Source: Fidelibacterota bacterium
Lineage (GTDB): Bacteria; Fidelibacterota; Marinisomatia; SCGC-AAA003-L08; JACNLC01
Direction of reading: 5' to 3'
Length of the DNA: 64,000 bases
NCBI GenBank assembly: GCA_013204025.1
Contig: JABMOW010000126.1
Location: forward strand, 4,399-68,398
In this document: one piece after another, positions 47,542 to 57,530 of the stretch
Layout: each line of letters starts with the position of its first letter
Position numbering within the stretch: position 1 is the first letter of the stretch
The notes under the pieces: model-generated
The model's database searches: none
Told to the model about the DNA's origin: nothing
The model's input: the letters and a program-made list of their open reading frames with translations, nothing else
Translations under genes and position numbers: made by a program

Positions 47542-49394
47542 AAAATATCTTCATTCTCCGGTGTGGTTTCAATGGATGCTAATTTTTCGATGATCTGCAA
47601 GGCAAGGTCAACGGGGATGCCTGTTTTTTGTTGAATATCGATGGCTTCGGATTCCAGAATTTCGGAAATCGACGAATACTCCTTCCACAATTTCTGCACT
47701 CGTTTCTTACTCATCCCTGGTAATTCTTCCAGAACAGACTGTGTCATAACATTATCTCGTTTCTGGCGGTGAAATTCGATAGCAAATCGATGGGCTTCAT
47801 CCCGGATATTCCTCAAGAGAAACAATCCTGGAGAAGTTTTGGATATATTTTGTGGATCGCTCATCCCCGGTTTGTACACATCCTCCAACCGCTTTGCAAG
47901 TCCCACAATCGGGATGAACGACAGTTCAAGTTCACAAAGTGCCTGATATGCTGCAGATAATTGTCCTTTCCCCCCATCTACCAGGATCAGATCAGGGTAC
48001 GATAATTTTTCTACCTTAACACGGGTATATCTGCGTGTTATGATCTCCTTCATGGAAGCAAAGTCGTCAATTCCTTCAACCGTTTTAATGGAATACTTGC
48101 GGTACTCCGTTTTTTTCGGCCTGCCATCCACAAAACAAACCATAGATGCTACTGGATGTTTGCCCTGAAAATTGGAGTTGTCAAATGCTTCGATACGCCG
48201 AGGTGGTACTTTCAAGTCCAAATCTTCTTGTAATTGCAGGACTTTCTTTGAAACCACATCCTTTCGTTTCAGTTTTTTCAGCCGGATGTCACCCAACAGA
48301 AGGTCAGCATTTCGTTTACAAACCTGAACCAGTTTGTGTTTTTCCCCTCGAGAAGGTTGCAGCAATTTGACACAATTTCCACGAATAGACCTAAGCCAGA
48401 TTTCTACCTCCTCTTTGTCAGCAACGGGCAAATCAGTGAGAATCTCCTTGGGGATATCATCTGTAGCCGAATAAAACTGAATCAGAAATTGGTTGAGAAT
48501 TTCTTCAGAAAGATCAGGATTTGGAACCTGGAGATCGAATTTCTCGCGCCCGATGAATAACCCGTTCCGAACTCTCATAACGACACCCACGCCATAATGA
48601 TTTTCTGCACTGACCACCACTACATCTCTATCGATAAAATCCTGACTGATCTTCTTTTGTTTCCTGGTGAAATGCTCCACAGCGCGTAACTGTTCACGAT
48701 ACCGAATGGCTTCTTCAAATTGAAGATCCGTACTGGCAGCATCCATTTTCTGTTTCAGATAGAGTTTCACCTGTTCATTTTTTCCCCGGATGAACAACTC
48801 AATTTGGTGAATCATTTTTTGGTAGATTTCCTGACTAACCCGTCCCTCACAGGGACCTTCACATTGTTTGATATGATAGTCGAGACAAATTTTTACGGTT
48901 CCTTTTTGGATGACATCTTCGTCGATAAAAAAGTCACAGGTTCTTAATGGAAATATTTTATGAATAGCTCTTAGTGTTTCCCGAAGGTATCGCGTATCGG
49001 TGAAGGGTCCGTAATATTTATGCCCATCCTTTTGCAGATTCTTGGATCGGATGATTTGGATTTTGGGGAAAGGTTCTTTTGTGATCCGTAAATATGGGAA
49101 TGATTTATCATCCTTCATAAAAATATTATAGCGAGGACGATGCTCTTTGATAAGATTGGTTTCCGTTAGTAGCGCTTCTACCTCATCCCGCACAACCATC
49201 CATTCGATAAATTCGATATTCTTCACAAGGGTTTGGGTTTTAGCGTCTTTTTTATCCGTACCACTGAAGTAAGATCTCACCCGATTTTTCAAGATTTTTG
49301 CTTTACCGATGTAAATAATCTCATTCAGGTGATCTTTGAAGAAATAGACTCCTGGTGCGTTGGGTACCTGTTTCAATATTTCGGTAAATTTCAT
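47538..49394 (-). CDS. uvrC: Excinuclease ABC subunit C
   Basis: 618-aa ORF with a GIY-YIG N-terminus (GVYFFKD...IIYIGKAKILKNRV), a UVR domain, an Endo V-like domain and a C-terminal (HhH)2. Confidence 0.95.
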   Translation of the reverse strand: MKFTEILKQVPNAPGVYFFKDHLNEIIYIGKAKILKNRVRSYFSGTDKKDAKTQTLVKNIEFIEWMVVRDEVEALLTETNLIKEHRPRYNIFMKDDKSFPYLRITKEPFPKIQIIRSKNLQKDGHKYYGPFTDTRYLRETLRAIHKIFPLRTCDFFIDEDVIQKGTVKICLDYHIKQCEGPCEGRVSQEIYQKMIHQIELFIRGKNEQVKLYLKQKMDAASTDLQFEEAIRYREQLRAVEHFTRKQKKISQDFIDRDVVVVSAENHYGVGVVMRVRNGLFIGREKFDLQVPNPDLSEEILNQFLIQFYSATDDIPKEILTDLPVADKEEVEIWLRSIRGNCVKLLQPSRGEKHKLVQVCKRNADLLLGDIRLKKLKRKDVVSKKVLQLQEDLDLKVPPRRIEAFDNSNFQGKHPVASMVCFVDGRPKKTEYRKYSIKTVEGIDDFASMKEIITRRYTRVKVEKLSYPDLILVDGGKGQLSAAYQALCELELSFIPIVGLAKRLEDVYKPGMSDPQNISKTSPGLFLLRNIRDEAHRFAIEFHRQKRDNVMTQSVLEELPGMSKKRVQKLWKEYSSISEILESEAIDIQQKTGIPVDLALQIIEKLASIETTPENEDIL

Positions 49395-49465
49395 TGGACT
49401 AATTTACGGGTTCTGTATTAATCAGGAGACAGAATATGAAGATTATCATAAATCGATTCGATAAA

Positions 49466-49497
49466 AAAATGCCGCAACTGTTACGTTGCGGCATTTT
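49466..49497 (-). terminator. Rho-independent (bidirectional-looking) terminator downstream of the SppA-like gene
   Basis: AAAATGCCGCAAC-tgttac-GTTGCGGCATTTT forms an 8-bp GC-rich core stem extended by A/T pairs. A-runs and T-runs flank both sides. Confidence 0.85.
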
Positions 49498-49516
49498 AAT
49501 TTGAGATAATTGAAAA

Positions 49517-51991
49517 TTACTGGATTGTAATTTTGTACGGCATTAAAAAGAGATACTGATCTTCGTCCAGCATGGGGATGATCTGCAGAACTTCAAGCTC
49601 CTTAGCCAGTTCAGGAGGAAGAATGTCTAACAACTCGGCACCCATAAAGTTGCTTTTCAACATGCTGAATTTTTGTTTGAAATTAGGATATTCCACAATT
49701 TCTACTTCCTGGTCTTCCAATCCGGCGGCAGCTTTGGCGATTTCGATGGCTCTATCCAAGCCACCAATTTCATCAATGAGGTGGTTTTCCTTCGCCTGTC
49801 TCCCACTCCATATCCGACCCACACCAATTTCATTTACCTGAAGAGAATCCAGGTCTTCCCTGCCATGAGCCACTCTTGACAAAAAGGTGCCGTACACATC
49901 CACAATTGCATCGCGAATGATTTTTCTTTCTTCATCATTCCATCGCTTGGTACCTGAATAAAAATCAGAGTGTTCACCAAATTTAATACGTTCCGTATTG
50001 ATACCAATTTTTTCCAAAAGTCCTGAAAAATTGATACGCCCTGATATAACACCGATACTTCCGGTTATGGTTCCAGGATCTGCTACGATAGTGTCTGCCT
50101 GACAAGCGATGTAATATCCCCCTGAAGCAGCCACATCCGACATGGATGCAATAAAGGGCTTGGTTTTTCCACTGTCAGTTTCAGTTGTTTTCATTACTTC
50201 GCGCCACATCATATCTGATGCCAACGCAGACCCGCCACCGCTGTCTATCCTTAAGACAATTGCTTTGACACTATTGTCTTCACGCGCTGCAACAATTGCC
50301 TCACTGATCGTCTGATTCCCCATAATAGTAGAACCTCCGGAACCCGGTTTGCTTCGGCCGGATTGAATGCCACCTACTGCATATATGAGAGCGATTTTGG
50401 GTTTATCCTCGGTTGACCATTCATGCACATAATTTTCTTCATTCCCCACAGTATGGAAAGGTTTGATTTTCACATCAACATCATCAATTTTTTTAATATA
50501 CTCCTCAAATTCGTCAGGATATTTCAATCCATCTATCAGACCCGCTTTCAATGCTTCAGGCGATCCGTATGGACCGTTATTGATCACTTCAATGGTTTTT
50601 TCTGTGCTCCATGATCTACCAGCAGCTATCGCTTCGACAAATTGATTATAAATATCGTCGAATACCATTCCGTAATTTTCTCTCATTTCGGGTGACATAT
50701 TTTTTCGGATGAGAGGATCCATAGCTGTTTTATATGGGCTGATCTGCTCTACTTCTGCAACAATATCCAAGGTGTCCAGTAATCCCTTTAGGAAAGAAAT
50801 TTCTATCATTAATCCTCTCAGATCAATTTCACCCAGTTCTGGTAAGTATATTTCATCGGCAAGGGAAAGTAGATAGTAATTACTGTTACTCATTCCACTC
50901 GTGTACACAATTATTTTTTTACCTGATTCTTTAAATTTTAGAAGCGCATTTCTCATTTCGGACAGTTTTCCAAAACCAGCGCTAACAAATTTCAAATCAA
51001 TAATCAATCCAGCAACTGAAGGATCGTTGGTAATTTCATCCATTTTCAACAACCAAGCCCGGAGTTGTGTACCGTGAACAGATTTTTGAAATGGGTTAAA
51101 GTTAAAACTGAAAGAATGAAACGGCTTTTCCTCGATCATGTAATCTTCCAGAGTCATCCTGTAATAGACTTCCGGTTTTACAGGTTTCATTTTGACCAAC
51201 GTATTTTGAACCTGTGAATGGGATATCAAACCAAATTCAGTTATTGTCGTACTGTTGGCTCCTCTCTGGGATTGGGAAGAATAAACAGCGCCCGTACCAA
51301 AGTCTAATCCAACTTGCACTGTAAAATCATTACTGCCCATTGAGGATGCGGAGAAATAAAGACCATCAAGCGGTTGGATTTCTAGAAAGCCAGCAATATC
51401 AGAAAAGTCATTTAGTTTATCAATGTTCTTCACTTCATCCATATCAGGGATGATCAGGTCTGCGCCAATTGTGATCCTGTGTCCTAAAGGTCTGATGGCA
51501 ATCCCTAAACGACTATTACTGATATCGGTATTCTTATCCCAACCGTAAGTTAATCCGAAAGAAACATAATGAATTGGACGGCTAATCAATCCCAGTTGAC
51601 TGATTTTGGAATCATCCCAAACATAACCAAGATAAGTATTTTTACCCAGTTCGCTTCCTAAACCGATTTTGTAATGAACGTCTCCATTACCATATAAAGA
51701 AAATCCCAGTCCACCGATTCGGAATGCTGAGTGATAAAGCATATCGTCATCTTCTGAATCTACCACATGAAAACCTGATTGGAACCCTCTGTCCACACCT
51801 AAACCTGCAGGATTAAGGGAGATGGCATCCAGATTATCGGATGTGGCGACACTCATTCCCCGCCAATAGGTTACACCGGATTGGGTAAAGCCCATCGAAA
51901 CTAGGACTAACAATATGATTATAAAATTTTGGTATCGATTTTTCACTATTTTCCTTTCAAGAATTAGTATTTTTTTTAATGATAATTTCAA
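49517..51991 (-). CDS. sppA: Signal peptide peptidase SppA (S49, 67K tandem type) with an extra ~260-aa N-terminal beta-barrel-like domain
   Basis: 824-aa ORF. The C-terminal ~560 aa contain two S49 repeats, including the catalytic-Ser block AASGGYYIA. The N-terminal extension has alternating beta-strand periodicity and a GMSVATSDNLDAISLNPAGLG motif. Confidence 0.85.
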   Translation of the reverse strand: MKLSLKKILILERKIVKNRYQNFIIILLVLVSMGFTQSGVTYWRGMSVATSDNLDAISLNPAGLGVDRGFQSGFHVVDSEDDDMLYHSAFRIGGLGFSLYGNGDVHYKIGLGSELGKNTYLGYVWDDSKISQLGLISRPIHYVSFGLTYGWDKNTDISNSRLGIAIRPLGHRITIGADLIIPDMDEVKNIDKLNDFSDIAGFLEIQPLDGLYFSASSMGSNDFTVQVGLDFGTGAVYSSQSQRGANSTTITEFGLISHSQVQNTLVKMKPVKPEVYYRMTLEDYMIEEKPFHSFSFNFNPFQKSVHGTQLRAWLLKMDEITNDPSVAGLIIDLKFVSAGFGKLSEMRNALLKFKESGKKIIVYTSGMSNSNYYLLSLADEIYLPELGEIDLRGLMIEISFLKGLLDTLDIVAEVEQISPYKTAMDPLIRKNMSPEMRENYGMVFDDIYNQFVEAIAAGRSWSTEKTIEVINNGPYGSPEALKAGLIDGLKYPDEFEEYIKKIDDVDVKIKPFHTVGNEENYVHEWSTEDKPKIALIYAVGGIQSGRSKPGSGGSTIMGNQTISEAIVAAREDNSVKAIVLRIDSGGGSALASDMMWREVMKTTETDSGKTKPFIASMSDVAASGGYYIACQADTIVADPGTITGSIGVISGRINFSGLLEKIGINTERIKFGEHSDFYSGTKRWNDEERKIIRDAIVDVYGTFLSRVAHGREDLDSLQVNEIGVGRIWSGRQAKENHLIDEIGGLDRAIEIAKAAAGLEDQEVEIVEYPNFKQKFSMLKSNFMGAELLDILPPELAKELEVLQIIPMLDEDQYLFLMPYKITIQ

Positions 51992-52052
51992 TTATGCACC
52001 ATGTGACAATGAATGTTTACATCGGTTGTCTGATATTTTGTGAGGTTATGCG

Positions 52053-53930
52053 CTAGCCAGAGGTCTGGTCCAACATCTCAACTTCCACCCGGTTTCGTCC
52101 GTTTCTTTTGGCTTCATATAGCGCTACATCCGCTTTTTCAATAAGAATTGTTGGTTCGTATTCCTCTCCGGGAGTGATGCAACTGACTCCAAGACTTAAG
52201 CTGATAAAATCAAATACATCAGAATCTTTGTGGGGAATTTTTCTACCTACTATCTTTTCCCTCACTTTATTTGCAAGCTTGATCGCACCTTCCAATGGAG
52301 TATTGGGAAGAACAATTCCAAATTCTTCTCCACCATATCTCCCTACAAGATCGCTCACTCGATTTGTAGAATTTGCAATTGTCTTTGCTACTGTGATGAG
52401 ACATTGGTCACCCTTTTGGTGGCCGTATGCATCATTATATTTTTTGAAATAGTCAATATCACACATAATAAGAGAAATTGGATTGTGATCACGATTCATT
52501 CTTCGACATTCTGTCGATAAATATTCATCAAATCGTCTGCGGTTTGCGACTCCCGTCAAGCCGTCTTTCATAGAGATTTCCTGCAATTTCTGATTGACTT
52601 TCTGTAATTCAGAAGTCCGTTGCTTAACCTTCTCTTCCAGATCAGTTTGGTGATATTCTAGCAATTGCCGTTGCTGATCGACGGTGTGAAATAAAACAAA
52701 AAATCGCTTTGAAAGAATCATTGATTGACAAAATATAAAATACACAACACCAAACGAGATGATTTGAGCCGTATCAATAATCTCATTATTATGAAGGATA
52801 TCGTTCACCATCGCAACAAATAACACAACAGCGCCATGAAGAAAAATTCTTGCACCTTCTCGTCCAACCATCGCCGCTTTTAGCAAGAACCAGAACATAT
52901 GTAAAGATGCAAAAAATGAGAACGCCTGGTAAATCACAATGGATTCGGAATATACACGAGCAGGAGCGAATATTACCAACAGTGTAAAGAAAACAGATAT
53001 GGTGATCACGACCCTAATAAAGGATTTACTCACCTCTTCCTTAAATAAGGTGTAGAGGAAGATGGTAAACAATGGAAATCCACAGTAGTACGTCAGGTAT
53101 TCCAGTTTCACCAGAAATTCCCACGGAATATCTATCACCCTAACAATAAAAATATCACCGATAATCAAAGCACGGATGGTAAGAATGAAACAGAATATAC
53201 TAAATATTAGTGGTGATAAAAATTTCTTTCTAATGATAAAAAGCGAGAGATGATACATCGCGATAATAAAGATGCACCCTACGAGAAATATTTGCATTGC
53301 ACGTGTTAGTTCTAATTCATCCCATACACTAGTGATTGTACCCAGTTTTACAGGTTCCCAAATACCACCTACGCGATGATAAAAATTGGATACCTGCATA
53401 ATCAATTCGATATGATCAGTATCGTATGAAAAATTGTAGTATGTTGGCTTGTATTCAGGAGTAGATAGATCCGGGGTCATCCCAACTTTTCCTACTTGCC
53501 CCATTAATTTCCCATTGATATAAACAATGTAGGAAGTGCTTACCGACCCAACTTTTAAGGATAGTGATTGGTTTGTAGAATCTGTTAAAATAGTAAGCCG
53601 ATATGTTGCATATCCATTCGGTTTATATTTTTCTTCTTTGGGGAAAAGGGATGTCCATACACCAGGGACTATCAGGTATTTAACATAACCTGAATAATCA
53701 TTTTTTTTAAAATCTTCGGGAGAAATTAATTGATCCCAATAAAACTCCCATTCACCACCTAAATCAACGGGATCAGTTTGAGACAGGTCAATACCACGTA
53801 GGTCCAATACACCATCATGTATTTTAGGTATATCTGAAATGTTTCCCGATACATTATTACCGAATGTGACTCCGATAATAAATAGAAGTGAGATGATTCT
53901 AAAAGAGGAAATGATTTTACTAATTTTCAT
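52053..53930 (-). CDS. Diguanylate cyclase with 7TMR-DISM extracellular and 7TM sensor domains
   Basis: 625-aa ORF. The order is signal peptide, extracellular beta-sandwich-like domain, seven TM helices, coiled-coil linker and GGDEF domain (RYGGEEFGIVL). Confidence 0.88.
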   Translation of the reverse strand: MKISKIISSFRIISLLFIIGVTFGNNVSGNISDIPKIHDGVLDLRGIDLSQTDPVDLGGEWEFYWDQLISPEDFKKNDYSGYVKYLIVPGVWTSLFPKEEKYKPNGYATYRLTILTDSTNQSLSLKVGSVSTSYIVYINGKLMGQVGKVGMTPDLSTPEYKPTYYNFSYDTDHIELIMQVSNFYHRVGGIWEPVKLGTITSVWDELELTRAMQIFLVGCIFIIAMYHLSLFIIRKKFLSPLIFSIFCFILTIRALIIGDIFIVRVIDIPWEFLVKLEYLTYYCGFPLFTIFLYTLFKEEVSKSFIRVVITISVFFTLLVIFAPARVYSESIVIYQAFSFFASLHMFWFLLKAAMVGREGARIFLHGAVVLFVAMVNDILHNNEIIDTAQIISFGVVYFIFCQSMILSKRFFVLFHTVDQQRQLLEYHQTDLEEKVKQRTSELQKVNQKLQEISMKDGLTGVANRRRFDEYLSTECRRMNRDHNPISLIMCDIDYFKKYNDAYGHQKGDQCLITVAKTIANSTNRVSDLVGRYGGEEFGIVLPNTPLEGAIKLANKVREKIVGRKIPHKDSDVFDFISLSLGVSCITPGEEYEPTILIEKADVALYEAKRNGRNRVEVEMLDQTSG

Positions 53931-54032
53931 ACGGTCATTGCTGTTCCGAAATAATAAACACTTTGAATTGTTGCATAAATATATTGCAATAACTAAAAAA
54001 GAAAGAACATCATTCTTAAAAACGTCTAAAAT

Positions 54033-55793
54033 CTATTCTCCCAGCATTTCTTTTCTAATATAATGAATTGGAATTGATCCGAAGGACAACACCGACTCGT
54101 GGAACTCTGCGAGATTGAAATCACGTCCTTTGAGCTGCTCATAATCTTGTCGGAGCTTCCACATTTCTAGAGTTCCTGTAAAATATGTTGAGAGCTGACA
54201 GGAAGTTAATTGTGCTCTGATCCACTTCCCTTCTGCTTCTGCGGTTTCCTGAAATCCTTGTTCCACCATGAACTTGATCGCATCATCTCTTGACATAGAG
54301 TTTGCATGGATTTGTTGATCAATAATCGCATTGATAATCCCTCTTAAAGCCCACTTCTTTTGTACAATTTCATAATTAGGATCACCATTTCCAAATCCTG
54401 CATTAATCATCATACCTTCAGTATAATGCGCCCAGCCTTCGATCATGGATCCATTTTCAAATATGGCCCTTATTACAGACGGTTCTCTTTGTGCATAAGA
54501 TAGTTGTACGTAATGACCCGGTAATGCTTCATGGATACTCAACATCTTTACGGAAATATCGTTGTATTCCCGCAAGAAACTTTCAACTTTGGTATTCGAC
54601 CAATCCTCTGGGATGGGTGATACATTATAGTAAACCGCCTGATTCTTTTCCAAAGCTCCGGGTGCATCCAAGTTTGCAACTGAAACCCCCTGCATATAAG
54701 CCGGCATTTCGCGAATGATTAGAGGTCTGGAATCATCAAGTGTAACAATGTGATGAGCTTGAATAAACTGTGTAAGTTCATCAATTGTATCCTTTACGTT
54801 TTGAACGACTTTATCTCTGCCAACATGTTTTACAGCGATTCTATCCAGAACCCATTTGATAACATTCAAAGTATCAGACCGGGTTACCCATACCGGTTCA
54901 TCATTTTTAGAAAGGTATTCCGGCAACGCCAATCGGAACATATCATTTTGAGTACTGATCAATGAGGAGTGCGCCTGCTCGAAAAGTACTTCGGGAGTCA
55001 TGCTTTCCGTTACTGCATATTTGAATTTTTCTCGAAATAATGTTTCACCAAGACGAAAATCCCGAGGATGATTCTGAAGCGGACCATTTTGTAACCAATC
55101 TCGATATTGGGTCAGAGATTTGACTGCAGCGTTGATATGATTTTCTATCCGATCGAACGTGCTGTTATCTGTTCTGATTTCAAGGGGGATATCGATAATG
55201 GATCCAATCAATCCATCTGTTTGTTTGATGGCTGTTTCAACATAAATTTCCGGAGCCTCCACAAGAAGGTTTTGCAATTCCGACACAACTCTTGGAACCT
55301 GAGATAACCTTGATTCAAGCGCCTGCACCCTTACCTCCATTGGTGCAAATTCTCTTTCTATCAAAGAATAAAGTCCACCACCGATAATTGATGGAACGAA
55401 TTGAGGCGACCACTGTAATTTTTTTACTTTTACGATATCAAAGATCAATCCATTAATTGAATGACTTAAAATTTGATAATCAATCTGGTCATTTTCAGGT
55501 AGGATAGCAGGATCAATTTGAGATAGCTCGATATTGAACCTTTTTAAATCCGCAAGGATTTCTGTTTCGGAATCCTTATCATATTTCCCAAATTCTGCGT
55601 CATGTGAGTGAAATCCCGTTTGCGTAGCAGCAACCGGCCAGCTTTTGAAATACCACTGGACAAATGCATCTGTTAACTTGTCAAATTCAGTTTTCTGATT
55701 TCTGCCACATCCGGTAATAAATACTAGTAGGATTATCAGGATGAATTGCGCGATTCTGGTTCGTAAAAATAAATGAAAGAATTTTGGGTGCAT
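54033..55793 (-). CDS. DUF885 family lipoprotein (metallopeptidase-like)
   Basis: 586-aa ORF with a lipoprotein signal (VFITGCG). It has the DUF885 hallmark block HEALPGHYVQ and a typical length. Confidence 0.85.
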   Translation of the reverse strand: MHPKFFHLFLRTRIAQFILIILLVFITGCGRNQKTEFDKLTDAFVQWYFKSWPVAATQTGFHSHDAEFGKYDKDSETEILADLKRFNIELSQIDPAILPENDQIDYQILSHSINGLIFDIVKVKKLQWSPQFVPSIIGGGLYSLIEREFAPMEVRVQALESRLSQVPRVVSELQNLLVEAPEIYVETAIKQTDGLIGSIIDIPLEIRTDNSTFDRIENHINAAVKSLTQYRDWLQNGPLQNHPRDFRLGETLFREKFKYAVTESMTPEVLFEQAHSSLISTQNDMFRLALPEYLSKNDEPVWVTRSDTLNVIKWVLDRIAVKHVGRDKVVQNVKDTIDELTQFIQAHHIVTLDDSRPLIIREMPAYMQGVSVANLDAPGALEKNQAVYYNVSPIPEDWSNTKVESFLREYNDISVKMLSIHEALPGHYVQLSYAQREPSVIRAIFENGSMIEGWAHYTEGMMINAGFGNGDPNYEIVQKKWALRGIINAIIDQQIHANSMSRDDAIKFMVEQGFQETAEAEGKWIRAQLTSCQLSTYFTGTLEMWKLRQDYEQLKGRDFNLAEFHESVLSFGSIPIHYIRKEMLGE

Positions 55794-55878
55794 GTTTCAA
55801 TATTCCGTAAATTTTTCTAAGTTATTATGGTTTTAACATATTACATTTCGTCCGTCATCTGAAAGCAAGGAGATTCTC

Positions 55879-56325
55879 ATGGAAAACTTACCCGTTTACT
55901 CAAACATATTGCTAACAACAGATTTTTCGGAATTATCTGTCAGAGCGGTGTCGCACGCTATCGCTATTTCCAGGAAATTTAATTCAAAAATCTATGTCTT
56001 ACATGTTTTGGAACCCATTTTATCACCTGTAGAATATTCGTGGGGATCGGTGCAAATCGATTCAATCGAGAACTCTAGACAGGAAAACACTGATAAAAAC
56101 CTATTGGTTTGGTGTGAGGATCACATCCCAGAGGACATAGACACAAGGATACTGATCAGAAACGGGATTGCCGTCAGTGAGATTATAAGTGTGATTGAAG
56201 AATACAATGTCGACCTGATTTGTATGGCAACTCATGGTCATACCGGAATTTCACATGTGATTTTTGGAAGCACCACCGAACAAATTCTTAAAAAATCCAC
56301 AGTACCAGTATTATCCGTCAGATAG
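55879..56325 (+). CDS. Universal stress protein (UspA family)
   Basis: 148-aa ORF containing ILLTTDFSE...VLHV, the ATP-binding-type C-terminal block GSTTEQILKKSTVPVLSV and an AAGGAG RBS. Confidence 0.9.
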   Translation: MENLPVYSNILLTTDFSELSVRAVSHAIAISRKFNSKIYVLHVLEPILSPVEYSWGSVQIDSIENSRQENTDKNLLVWCEDHIPEDIDTRILIRNGIAVSEIISVIEEYNVDLICMATHGHTGISHVIFGSTTEQILKKSTVPVLSVR

Positions 56326-56367
56326 TAGTTTACAATTCCAACATTATACGATAATAAATCCTCAAAT

Positions 56368-57102
56368 ATGAAAATAGGCTATCCGGAGTTTGAACAACTG
56401 TTTTACGACCCTAACATTGGCACAGAATCCTCTTGTCTGTCCAGCGAAGAATCCAGACATTGTATCCGCGTGCTACGACACCAGGCGAATGATTTCATTC
56501 ATATTGTCGATGGGATGGGAACACTGTATCGATGTAAAATCATTGAACCGAATGAGAAAAAATGCACCTATGAAATAACTGACACCATTCCACATTGGAA
56601 ACAAAGAAATTACCGCATTCAGATCGGAATCTCTCCGACAAAAAATATTGCCAGATTTGAATGGTTTGTAGAAAAAGCAACTGAGTTGGGTGTGGATGAA
56701 ATCATTCCACTTATATCACATTATACACTAAGAACTCGCGTGAATCATACTCGTCTAGAAAAAATCGCGATTTCTGCAATGAAACAATCTAAACAGGCAA
56801 AACTTCCAATTATAAAGTCACTAACTGATTTTTATCAATTTATTAATAAACCACATTTATCTGAATGCCGCATCATCGCTCATCAAGGTGAAAACTCTCA
56901 ACCAATAAATAAATGGTACAAATCTGGAAATGATGTAATCGCTTTGTTAGGTCCCGAAGGTGGTTTCTCTCCTCATGAAATACAATTGACTACATCTTTA
57001 GGATTCAACCAGATATCATTGGGGCAGAACCGATTACGTACTGAAACTGCAGGAATTACGCTCATGGCAATTATCCAATCGATGAATTTTGACGATCTAT
57101 AA
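56368..57102 (+). CDS. rsmE: 16S rRNA (uracil1498-N3)-methyltransferase
   Basis: 244-aa ORF. An N-terminal PUA-like domain (HCIRVLR) is followed by the SPOUT C-terminus (LLGPEGGFSPHE, LGQNRLRTETA). Confidence 0.9.
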   Translation: MKIGYPEFEQLFYDPNIGTESSCLSSEESRHCIRVLRHQANDFIHIVDGMGTLYRCKIIEPNEKKCTYEITDTIPHWKQRNYRIQIGISPTKNIARFEWFVEKATELGVDEIIPLISHYTLRTRVNHTRLEKIAISAMKQSKQAKLPIIKSLTDFYQFINKPHLSECRIIAHQGENSQPINKWYKSGNDVIALLGPEGGFSPHEIQLTTSLGFNQISLGQNRLRTETAGITLMAIIQSMNFDDL

Positions 57103-57495
57103 ATAATAGGATAATACTATCAGATTTTTATTTTATTCACTTGATTTTCAAACAGTTAACATAATTACTGAGTATTATTTAAGAAAAATAATGCACAAAT
57201 ATTTCTCTAAATACATGATTATTAATAACTAATGTATTTTTTACCATCTGAACTTAAATTATTGTTCTGCAAAATAATGGTGTTTTTATATTTGGATGCT
57301 TTGGTATTTTATTGGTAAACTTAACCCGTTGGCACCAAGTTTATTGACATTGCAAAGCGGCGGTATTGTTTAAGAAATACCTTTCCTTAAGTTACTTTCC
57401 TTTTTTGTTGTGGTGATGAACAAAATCCTAGGAAGCAATATCTCCTGAATTCAATAACTTGATGATCATGGCTTTTAAGCCACATATTAATGTAT

Positions 57496-57530
57496 AAGAG
57501 TCCCGCTCCCTCCGCGGGACTCTTTTTTTT
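57496..57530 (+). terminator. Strong orphan rho-independent terminator in the 775-bp rsmE/porin spacer
   Basis: AAGAGTCCCGC-tccctcc-GCGGGACTCTT forms an 11-bp stem followed by a T8 run. It lies ~400 nt downstream of the rsmE stop and ~350 nt upstream of the next gene. Confidence 0.85.

Noticed and set aside
57330-57354. Sigma-54-like promoter (TGGCAC ... TTGCA) in the rsmE/porin spacer
   Set aside because: The GG and GC elements are about 21 nt apart instead of the canonical ~12. The sequence at the correct spacing is TTAT, not TTGC.
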